Assembly: GCA_041477065.1 (NCBI GenBank)
Contig: JBGOUQ010000002.1
Location: 82,033-146,032, forward strand
Length of the DNA: 64,000 bases
Direction of reading: 5' to 3'
Origin: Gemmatimonadota bacterium
Lineage (GTDB): Bacteria; Gemmatimonadota; Gemmatimonadetes; Gemmatimonadales; GWC2-71-9
Shown: positions 24,834-32,564 of the stretch, piece after piece
How positions within the stretch are numbered: position 1 is the stretch's first letter
Layout of the letters: each line of letters opens with the position of its first letter
The notes under the pieces: model-generated
Databases searched by the model: none
What the model saw: the letters and a program-made list of their open reading frames with translations, nothing else
Told to the model about the DNA's origin: nothing
Position numbers and translations under genes: made by a program

Positions 24834-25310
24834 TTACGCTTTCCGGGCCAGGCGCTTCACAAGCTGGATCTGGCCCGCGTGGTAGAGGTCATGGGAGGCG
24901 ATGCCGTAGATGTGGGCCATGTTGCTCCACTGCGAGTGCCAGCCGCGGCGCTGGAGCGCCCGAGGATCGAAGCGCGCGATGGCCTGGCGCAGCAGGTCGT
25001 GCTCGCGTTTCAGCAGCGCCTTGTCGCGCGCCCAGGCGGCGGCGTTGGGGCGCGCGGGGAGGGGGAGCCAATTGCTGCCCTCGCGTGGGAAGGAGATGGC
25101 GGGATCGGCGAGCAGCCGCCGACGCACCATGCACTTCCAGTAGGCGGTGTGCAGCGTCAGCTCCCAGATGTTGTGCCGTCGCTTCCCCGGCCGCCGCAGC
25201 GCGAGGGCCGGGCTCACGCCGCGCAGCGATCCCCACAACGGCGTGCCATGCCAGGAGCGGCCGCTGAAGCCTTGATCGAACATTGCGAGCAGGACGACTC
25301 GGGCGTTCAT
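24834..25310 (-). CDS. DinB-family protein
   Basis: Internal Met 25310 of ORF 24834..25775 (MNARVVLLAMFDQGFSGRSWHG). Contains LTLHTAYW and HDLYHAGQIQLV, the His triad pattern of the DinB_2 fold. Confidence 0.7.
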   Translation of the reverse strand: MNARVVLLAMFDQGFSGRSWHGTPLWGSLRGVSPALALRRPGKRRHNIWELTLHTAYWKCMVRRRLLADPAISFPREGSNWLPLPARPNAAAWARDKALLKREHDLLRQAIARFDPRALQRRGWHSQWSNMAHIYGIASHDLYHAGQIQLVKRLARKA

Positions 25311-25323
25311 GCTTGCTCCCCAG

Positions 25324-27567
25324 CTAGGGCCGACGCAGCGCGAAGGTGCCGGGCTCCACATGGTCGCTGCACGTGCTGGACACTTGCAGCGTCCCGACGA
25401 GCAGCCGCCCGCCGTTGGCCTGGGCGCCAGCGCCCGTGATGGTCCCCTCACAGTGCTTGGCGGTAAAGATGAAAGGCGCCGTGAAAGTGAAGGCGTTTCC
25501 CTGGACGCGCGCGGCCACGGTGCCCGTGAGGTGAATGTCCACGAGCCCCAGGTCGCCGACGAGCGAGTCCCCGCTCGCGCGGAGCTCGAGCGTCGCCGGG
25601 TGGCTGTCGCGCTCGACGCGCAGCTCGCCGCTCCAGGTGCCGGGGAGCGAGCGCGCCAGCGTGTCGGGCCTGGGCATCCGGGGCCCGGGAAGACCGAACG
25701 CCAGCACGTAATCACCCAGGGTGGTCCGGAGCTCGGAGTGGCCGCCGGCGGCGATGACGACGTACTGGCGTCCATCCGCCAGGTAAGTCATCGGCAGGGC
25801 GTTCCCGCCTGCCGGCAGCGGCGCGCTCCACAGCTCGTGCCCCGTCTGCTCGTCGATCGCCCGCAACCGCAGGTCGTGCGTGCCGGCGACGAAGACGAGT
25901 CCACCCGCGGTCGCAAACGCCCCGCCGAGGCTCGGGCCGCCGGCGAGCGGGACCTGCCACTTCACCTTCCCGGCGCCGAGATCGAGAGCGGTAAGCTGAG
26001 TCCAAGGGGGCGGGTTGCAGGGCGTCCCCTTCGGTGTCAGCAGAGTCTCGCGCATCATCCCGAACGGCGTGCCGCGCATCGGGCTGATCTCGGTGCCCGG
26101 ATGAGCGCGGCGCGTGGGGCGGATCGAGTCGCGCGGAATCAGCGTCACCACCATCGCAAGCCGGTTGGAGGGCACGATGAGCAGGCCGCCACTCTCGTCC
26201 ACGGTGAGGCCCGACCAGTTGGCGCCGCCGATGTGGCCCGGATAGTGGATCGAGCCGCGCAGTGACGGCGGTGTGAAAATTCCGTCGGAGCGCAGGGCCG
26301 CGATGCGACTGCGGCACAGCTCCAGGTCCTGGGGCGTCGCGCCCCAGGCGTCGGAGGGCGGCAGGCTCTCGGGCACCAGGCGGAACGCGGCCGGCGGGAA
26401 CGGCTGCGTCGGCCACGTCTCCTCCCCGGGGACGTCGGTCTGCGGCACGGGACGCTCTTCCACCGGGAACAGCGGCGTCCCCGTGCGGCGGTCGAGGATG
26501 AAGATGTGCCCCATCTTGGTGCCGACGGCGAGGGCCGGGATCACGCGGCCGCCGCGACGCAAGGTGAAGACGACCGGCTGCGCGGGAACGTCATAGTCCC
26601 ACAGGTCGTGGTGCACCACCTGGAACGACCAGACGACCGCCCCCGACGACGCTCGGAGCGCGACCACCGAGTTGGCGTAGAGGTTCTGGCCGAGGCGCTC
26701 GCCGCCGAAGAAGTCGGGGCTGGCGCTGCCGACCGGCACGAACACCAGATCGGCCGCCGGGTCCGCCGAGAGCACGCTCCAGGCGTTGGCGGCGCCGGTC
26801 GAGTGGGCCCACGTCCCGCGCCAGGTGTCGTAGCCGGGGGCGCCGGGAGTGCGCGGCACGGGGTCCCAGCTCCAGCGCTCGGCACCGGTGCGCGCGTCGT
26901 AGGCACGGACCACACCGTTCGGCGCGTCCGTCCGGTTGTTGTCGCCCACCGCCGACCCGACGATCACCAGGTCCCCCACCACGGCGGGGGGTGAGGTCAC
27001 CTCGTACTCGCCCGGAAAGTCGGGGGCGTTGAGCAGGTCCCGCGTGAGATCGATCATCCCGTGGTCGGCGAAGTCCTCGCACGGCTGCCCCGTGGCGGCG
27101 TCCAGGGCGATGAGCCGCGCGTCGACGGTCCCGATGTAGATGCGGCGCCGGCAAACGGCATCAGCAGCGGCCCGGGCGTCCAGCCACGTCGAGACGCCGC
27201 GGCTCGCAAAGTCGCCGTAGTCGCCGTGCAGGTCGATGTGGGGATCGTACGCCCACCGCTCGGCGCCGGTCGCGGGGTCGAGCGCCACGACGCGGCTGAG
27301 CGAGGTGGACAGATAGAGCGTGCCGTCCACCACGATGGGCGTCGTCTCGAAACGCCCGCGGCCCGCGAGCATATCGCCGGTGCGGTACACCCAGACCAGC
27401 CGCAGTCCCGCGACATTCGCACGGCTGATCTGCTCCAGCGGTGCGAACCGCGTGCCGCCGGCGTCGCGGCCGTAAGCGGGCCAGTCGGTCGAGCTGGCGG
27501 CCGCCTGGCCCCGCCCCGGAGGGGGCAGAGCCAGAGCCACCGTAAGCGTAATGGCGAGAACCCTCAT
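25324..27567 (-). CDS. exported PQQ-dependent dehydrogenase (8-bladed propeller) with a C-terminal domain of about 120 aa that lacks a haem motif
   Basis: 747 aa. Signal peptide, then DWPAYGRDAGGTRFAPLEQISRANVAGLRLVWVYRTGD, typical of quinoprotein glucose/alcohol dehydrogenases. Repeated W-containing blades. ATGA overlap with the upstream gene. Confidence 0.8.
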   Translation of the reverse strand: MRVLAITLTVALALPPPGRGQAAASSTDWPAYGRDAGGTRFAPLEQISRANVAGLRLVWVYRTGDMLAGRGRFETTPIVVDGTLYLSTSLSRVVALDPATGAERWAYDPHIDLHGDYGDFASRGVSTWLDARAAADAVCRRRIYIGTVDARLIALDAATGQPCEDFADHGMIDLTRDLLNAPDFPGEYEVTSPPAVVGDLVIVGSAVGDNNRTDAPNGVVRAYDARTGAERWSWDPVPRTPGAPGYDTWRGTWAHSTGAANAWSVLSADPAADLVFVPVGSASPDFFGGERLGQNLYANSVVALRASSGAVVWSFQVVHHDLWDYDVPAQPVVFTLRRGGRVIPALAVGTKMGHIFILDRRTGTPLFPVEERPVPQTDVPGEETWPTQPFPPAAFRLVPESLPPSDAWGATPQDLELCRSRIAALRSDGIFTPPSLRGSIHYPGHIGGANWSGLTVDESGGLLIVPSNRLAMVVTLIPRDSIRPTRRAHPGTEISPMRGTPFGMMRETLLTPKGTPCNPPPWTQLTALDLGAGKVKWQVPLAGGPSLGGAFATAGGLVFVAGTHDLRLRAIDEQTGHELWSAPLPAGGNALPMTYLADGRQYVVIAAGGHSELRTTLGDYVLAFGLPGPRMPRPDTLARSLPGTWSGELRVERDSHPATLELRASGDSLVGDLGLVDIHLTGTVAARVQGNAFTFTAPFIFTAKHCEGTITGAGAQANGGRLLVGTLQVSSTCSDHVEPGTFALRRP

Positions 27568-29699
27568 CGGGTGCCGCTCGCTGCCGCCCCACCGCCCGTC
27601 ACGCCAAGCCGCCAGAAGAGAAAGCGCATCTCGTCGGTCAGGTCGTCCACGATCTGGCTCACCGGCAGCCCCCCGGAGTGCCCAGCGTTGGTGTTGTAGC
27701 GCAGCAGGATCGGATTCGCGGAGCCCCCCCCCCCCCCGGACGCCGCCTGCATCAGCGCCGCCATCTTGCGCGCGTGCAGCGGCGCGACGCGGGTGTCGGC
27801 GTCACCCGTGATGAACAGCACCGCGGGATACCTCACCCCCGCAGTTACGTGTAGGTAGGGCGAGTAGGCGCGGATCCATTGGAGCTGGGTCGAATCCTCC
27901 GCGGAGCCGTATTCGGGAACCCAGAAGCGGGCCACGAAGAAGCGGTGGTAGCGCACCATGTCGAGCAGTGGGAAGGAGCACACCACCGCCTGGAACAGAT
28001 CGGGGCGCTGCGTCATCGCCGCCCCTACGAGCAGCCCGCCGTTCGAGCCGCCCGAAATGGCGAGCTTGGAGGGGCTCGTGTACTTGTTGGCGATCAGCCA
28101 TTCGGCCGCGGCGAGAAAATCGTCGAACACGTTCTGCTTCTTGCCGAGCATCCCCGCCTGGTGCCACGTCTCGCCGAACTCCCCGCCGCCCCGCAGGTTG
28201 GGCAGGGCGTACACCCCGCCGTTCTCGATCCAGAACGCGGCGCGCTGCGAGAAGCCCGGGAGCTGGGAAAGCTGGAATCCGCCGTAACCCGTGAGCAGCG
28301 TCGGGTTCGTGCCGTCGAGCTTGATGCCGCGCCGATGCGCTAGGAACATCGGGATTCTGGTCCCGTCCTTCGAGGTGTACCACACCTGCTTCACGTCGAC
28401 CGCCTGGTCGGACACCGGGACCGCCAGTTTCGCCCACACCTCCTGCGCTCCCGTGGCCACGTCGTATCGGTAGATGGTGGTCGGCTGGGCGAGGGCGCTG
28501 AAGCTGTAGAAGGTCTCCGGACGCTCCCACTCGCCGTTCAGACCTCCCAGCGCACCGAGCGTCGGGAGCGCGATTTCGCCTCGAGCCTGTCCGGCGGGGT
28601 CGAAGATTTTCACACGCGTCTGCACGTTCTCCAGGTAGCTCACGAGCAACCTGCCGCCGACCGCCGAGATGCCGCTGATCGGCGTGAGCCCTTCGGAAAT
28701 CAGCTCACGCCAATTGGCTCGCGCTGGGCTCCGCAGGTCCACGTCCAGGATCTTGCCGTTGGGTGCGTTCCAGTTGGTGCGCAGGTACATGTGGTCCCCG
28801 GCCACCGGACCGCCGAACTGCGCCTCGACGTCGTTGACGAGCGGCGTGATCGGCGTTTTCGCCTGAAGATTCTGGAAGTACAGCTCGATCTTGCGCGCCG
28901 CCGAGCCGAAGAAGACGGAGATCACCAGGTACTTGGCATCGTCCGTCTCGAAGACCCCGATCCCGGCGCCGGGGCCGTACCCCGCGCCAAAGATCTCGCG
29001 GTCGCCCGCAGGGTCGGCTCCCATGGCGTGGTAGTAGACCCGTGGCCCCGCAGGAGTCTGCTTGCCGTAGTAGATGCCGCTCCTGTCCGGGGTGATGTTG
29101 ACGGTGGAGTAGCGGGCCCGCGGCAACGTGTCGGCGAGCAGCCGGTGGGCGTCCACGTCCAGCAGCCGCACCGTGACTTCGTCTTCCCCGCCGTGGCGCT
29201 CACCGTAGGCCACGACCTTGCCGTCGGGAGAGATGTCGAGGAACCCGACCGACGTAGTGTGGCCCGGGCTCAGGGGGTGCGGGTCCACGAGCACCTCGTC
29301 CGCGGCGTGAAGCCCCTTCCTCATATAGAGCACCGTGAGGTCCTGATCGGCGGCCCGGCGCGAGAAGAAGTAACGACCGCCGCGGTTCGTGGGCGTCCCG
29401 ATCGTCTCGACCTTGAGCAGCTCGGTCAGCCGGCGCCCGATCCGCTCGCGACCGGGGAGCGGGCCGATCACCGCCCGCGTGTACGCGTTCTCGGCGTCGA
29501 TCCAGCCCCTCGTCTCGGGCGCCTCCTGATCTTCGAGCCAGCGGTAGGGATCGGGAATGCGCGCGCCGAACAGCGTGTCCACCACGCTGTCGCGACGGGT
29601 CTCGGGCGGCTTGGGGGGGGGTGATTGGGCTGCGAGCGGCGCGGCGAGGAGCGCCGCCACGACCAGCCAGCGCGGGCGCCACAGGGAAGCGGGAGGCAC
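27564..29699 (-). CDS. prolyl oligopeptidase (S9A), exported
   Basis: 711 aa. DPYRWLEDQEAPETRGWIDAENAYT N-terminus, catalytic GGSNGGLLVGA, and C-terminal AGHSG. Confidence 0.9.
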   Translation of the reverse strand: MPPASLWRPRWLVVAALLAAPLAAQSPPPKPPETRRDSVVDTLFGARIPDPYRWLEDQEAPETRGWIDAENAYTRAVIGPLPGRERIGRRLTELLKVETIGTPTNRGGRYFFSRRAADQDLTVLYMRKGLHAADEVLVDPHPLSPGHTTSVGFLDISPDGKVVAYGERHGGEDEVTVRLLDVDAHRLLADTLPRARYSTVNITPDRSGIYYGKQTPAGPRVYYHAMGADPAGDREIFGAGYGPGAGIGVFETDDAKYLVISVFFGSAARKIELYFQNLQAKTPITPLVNDVEAQFGGPVAGDHMYLRTNWNAPNGKILDVDLRSPARANWRELISEGLTPISGISAVGGRLLVSYLENVQTRVKIFDPAGQARGEIALPTLGALGGLNGEWERPETFYSFSALAQPTTIYRYDVATGAQEVWAKLAVPVSDQAVDVKQVWYTSKDGTRIPMFLAHRRGIKLDGTNPTLLTGYGGFQLSQLPGFSQRAAFWIENGGVYALPNLRGGGEFGETWHQAGMLGKKQNVFDDFLAAAEWLIANKYTSPSKLAISGGSNGGLLVGAAMTQRPDLFQAVVCSFPLLDMVRYHRFFVARFWVPEYGSAEDSTQLQWIRAYSPYLHVTAGVRYPAVLFITGDADTRVAPLHARKMAALMQAASGGGGGSANPILLRYNTNAGHSGGLPVSQIVDDLTDEMRFLFWRLGVTGGGAAASGTR

Positions 29700-29751
29700 G
29701 GGAGAACTCCAGGACAGGGGCTGCTAGAGAAACTGCAGCGCGAAGGGCGTC

Positions 29752-30789
29752 TCAGGAAGCGGGCGCGACCCCCCGCTCGTACCACCCCTGGCTGCGGCGC
29801 ACCATCTGCACCACCGAGAGCATGACCGGGACCTCGATGAGCACCCCGACCACGGTTGCCAGCGCCGCCCCGGATTCGAGGCCGAACACCCCGATGGCTG
29901 TCGCCACGGCCAGCTCGAAGAAGTTGCTCGCGCCGATCAGCGCCGACGGGCAGGCCACGCGATGCGGCTCCCCCATCGCGCGGCTGAGCAGGTAGGCCAG
30001 GCCGCTGTTGAAGTAGACCTGGATGAGAATGGGGACGGCGAGCAGAGCGATCACGAGCGGCTGCGCCAAGATCTGCCCTCCCTGGAGCCCGAAGAGCAGG
30101 ATCAGCGTGACGAGCAAGGCCGTGAGGGATACCGCGTGCAGGCGCCCCAGCACGCGGGCGAGCGTGTCGGAGCCGCCGCGGCGCAGCAAGAGGTAGCGCC
30201 ACAGCTGGGCCCCCAGCACCGGGATGACGATGTACAGCGCCACCGAGAGGAGCAGAGTGGCCCAGGGGACGGTGATCGCCGAGAGCCCGAGCAGCAGGCT
30301 GACGAGCGGTGCGAACGCGATCACCATGATCGCGTCGTTCAACGCTACCTGCGTCAGCGTGAAGTTCGGGTCCCCCTCACTCAAGTTGCTCCACACGAAG
30401 ACCATTGCCGTACACGGGGCGGCGGCGAGCAGGATGAGTCCCGCGACGTAGGAGTCGATATGGTCGGCCGGAAGCAGAGGCGCGAACAGTCGGCGGATGA
30501 AGACCCAGGCGAGCAGCGCCATGGAGAACGGCTTCACGGCCCAGTTGACGAACAGCGTGACGCCGATCCCCCGCCAGTGCCGCCGCACTTGATGAAGGGC
30601 GCCGAAGTCGATCTTGAGCAGCATCGGCACGATCATCAACCAGATCAGAACGGCCACGGGGAGATTCACGTGGGCGATCTGCAGCCCACCCAGCGCGGCA
30701 AACGCGCCTGGCGAGAGGCGGCCGAGCGCGATGCCGGCGGCCATGCTGAGAAGCACCCACACGGTGAGAAACCGCTCGAACGCGTTCAG
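29752..30789 (-). CDS. acr3: ACR3-family arsenite efflux permease; start codon unresolved
   Basis: C-terminal two-thirds of ORF 29752..31506. LNAFERFLTVWVLLSMAAGIALG ... VAVLIWLMIVPMLLKIDF ... CTAMVFVWS. There is no ATG at the expected N-terminus. Candidate starts are CTG 30789 (overlapping the arsC stop) or GTG 30762. Confidence 0.8.
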   Translation of the reverse strand: MNAFERFLTVWVLLSMAAGIALGRLSPGAFAALGGLQIAHVNLPVAVLIWLMIVPMLLKIDFGALHQVRRHWRGIGVTLFVNWAVKPFSMALLAWVFIRRLFAPLLPADHIDSYVAGLILLAAAPCTAMVFVWSNLSEGDPNFTLTQVALNDAIMVIAFAPLVSLLLGLSAITVPWATLLLSVALYIVIPVLGAQLWRYLLLRRGGSDTLARVLGRLHAVSLTALLVTLILLFGLQGGQILAQPLVIALLAVPILIQVYFNSGLAYLLSRAMGEPHRVACPSALIGASNFFELAVATAIGVFGLESGAALATVVGVLIEVPVMLSVVQMVRRSQGWYERGVAPAS

Positions 30790-31298
30790 TCGCCCGCCTC
30801 CGCCGGCGCCGCGCCGATCGCCCTGACACGCGCCTCGAGCGCCAGGCGCTCCAGACCCGCCACCGGCAGCGCGAGCAGCAAGTCGATCCGGCGGCTGAGC
30901 AGCAAGAACGCCTGCCGGAACGCCTCGCGCTTCGCCGCGTCGTCTCCCTGGACGTCGGCCGGGTCCGGCATCCCCCAGTGCGCGAGCACCGGCTGGCCGG
31001 GGAAGATCGGGCACGACTCCTTGGCGCGGTCGCACACCGTGATCACGAAGTCCCACGGCTCTCGCTCCAGGCCGTCCACGCCGCGCGGCGCGTGGCCGTG
31101 CCAGGCGATCCCGTGGTCCAGCAGCGTTGCGATCGCGTACGGATTGACCCGCGCCGCGGGCCGGGACCCCGCACTTTCGGCGCGGAACCCGCCCTTGCTT
31201 TTCAGATTGAGCAGCGCCTCGGCCATTTGACTGCGGGCCGAGTTGCCGGTGCAGAGAAACAGCACGCGGAACACCCGGGCGGGAGCGGGGCCGCTCAC
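30786..31298 (-). CDS. arsC: arsenate reductase, LMW-PTP type
   Basis: GTG 31298 inside ORF 30786..31520 (GTGA overlap with the arsM stop). P-loop VLFLCTGNSARSQMAE, then ITVCDRAKESCP. Confidence 0.85.
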   Translation of the reverse strand: MSGPAPARVFRVLFLCTGNSARSQMAEALLNLKSKGGFRAESAGSRPAARVNPYAIATLLDHGIAWHGHAPRGVDGLEREPWDFVITVCDRAKESCPIFPGQPVLAHWGMPDPADVQGDDAAKREAFRQAFLLLSRRIDLLLALPVAGLERLALEARVRAIGAAPAEAGD

Positions 31299-32107
31299 GC
31301 GCGACTCGGCTTCCGCGCCCGCACGAACGCGCCGAACACACGCCCGCCCACTTCGCGGGCCAGCACCTCGGCGTCGACGCCTGTCCCAGCGAGGAGCTTG
31401 CGCGCGTCGGCGAACTCGTAGATCCGGGTGGGCTCGATGCCGATCTCGGTGAATCCCTGCGCGTCGAGGAGCCCAGTGAACTCTTTCTCCTCCAGCGCGC
31501 CGGCAATGCACCCCACCCACAGCTCGAGGCTGCGACGGATCGGATCCGGCACGTCGCCGCGCACCACGACGTCCGACACCGCCAGGCGCCCGCCGGGCTT
31601 CAGCACCCGGAACGCCTCGGCGAAAACCTTGCGTTTGTCGGCCGAGAGGTTGATGACGCAGTTGGAGATGATCACGTCCACCGACGCGTCGGGCAGCGGG
31701 ATCCGCTCGATGTCGCCCTTCAGGAATTCGACGTTCTCCGCCCCCGCCTGGCGCTGGTTCTCGCGAGCCAGCGCCAGCATCTCATCCGTCATGTCCAGTC
31801 CGTACGCCTTGCCGGTCGGGCCCACACGCTTGGCCGAGAGCAGCACGTCGATCCCGCCGCCTGAGCCGAGGTCGAGCACGATCTCGCCTTCATGCAGCTC
31901 GGCCAGCGCCGTCGGGTTGCCGCAGCCCAGGGAGGCGAGGACCGCGTTCTCCGGGAGGGCGGAGGTCTCGGCGGCGTCGTAGAGGCCGCCAGTAATGGCA
32001 TCGCATTCGCTCCCGCCGCAGCAGCCGCTCTTGTCACCCGCGAGCACCGTCAGGGCCGCCTCGCCGTACTTCCTGCGCACCACGTCCTTGATCGCATCCC
32101 CGTTCAT
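31295..32107 (-). CDS. arsM: arsenite S-adenosylmethionine methyltransferase
   Basis: 270 aa. Cys-rich N-terminus CCGGSECD, GCGNP, SAM motif VLDLGSGGGID, ISNCVINL. Confidence 0.85.
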   Translation of the reverse strand: MNGDAIKDVVRRKYGEAALTVLAGDKSGCCGGSECDAITGGLYDAAETSALPENAVLASLGCGNPTALAELHEGEIVLDLGSGGGIDVLLSAKRVGPTGKAYGLDMTDEMLALARENQRQAGAENVEFLKGDIERIPLPDASVDVIISNCVINLSADKRKVFAEAFRVLKPGGRLAVSDVVVRGDVPDPIRRSLELWVGCIAGALEEKEFTGLLDAQGFTEIGIEPTRIYEFADARKLLAGTGVDAEVLAREVGGRVFGAFVRARKPSRA

Positions 32108-32159
32108 CGGTCCGCTCCTGGTATCAAGAAGTGTTTGATGTATTAAGACAGGAAAAAAC

Positions 32160-32495
32160 TCACGGGCAGCACGCGGCGCGGCAGCTGCCGGCGTGCTTGC
32201 CGGGCTTCACCGCCCCGGCGAACGCCGCGATGTGCTCCAGCGCCTCGCGGTTGAGCGTGTAGTACACCCAGCGTCCCTCCCGCCGGTCGGTGACCAGTCC
32301 CGCGTCCTTCAGGGCACGCAGGTGGAACGACAGCCGCGACTGGGCCGCGTCCATCACCTGCTGGAGCTCGCACACGCAGCGCTCGCCGTGCGACAGCAGC
32401 CGCACGATCTCGACGCGCGTCTCGTCGGAGAGCGCGTGGAACCAACGGGCGACGTGCGCGGGCTCGGGAAGGGTCATGGTGGACATGGCGGTCAA
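32160..32495 (-). CDS. arsR: ArsR-family metalloregulator
   Basis: Met 32495 inside ORF 32160..32987. HALSDETRVEIVRLLSHGERCVCELQQVM (CVC site), wHTH LSFHLRALKDAGLV, and a Cys-rich tail SCRAACCP. Confidence 0.85.
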   Translation of the reverse strand: MTAMSTMTLPEPAHVARWFHALSDETRVEIVRLLSHGERCVCELQQVMDAAQSRLSFHLRALKDAGLVTDRREGRWVYYTLNREALEHIAAFAGAVKPGKHAGSCRAACCP

Positions 32496-32500
32496 TATAT

Positions 32501-32531
32501 CAATAATGGTTGATACGTCAACCTCCGGACA
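32501..32531. promoter_or_regulatory. AT-rich operator/promoter region of the ars operon with overlapping inverted repeats
   Basis: TCAATATATCAATAATGGTTGATACGTCAAC lies immediately upstream of arsR. It contains ATCAA-N6-TTGAT (32508-32523) and GTTGA-N4-TCAAC (32518-32531). This is a striking AT island in GC-rich DNA. Confidence 0.45.
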
Positions 32532-32564
32532 CCTCCATGCCTGCCGGCACGTACATTGAGGGCG

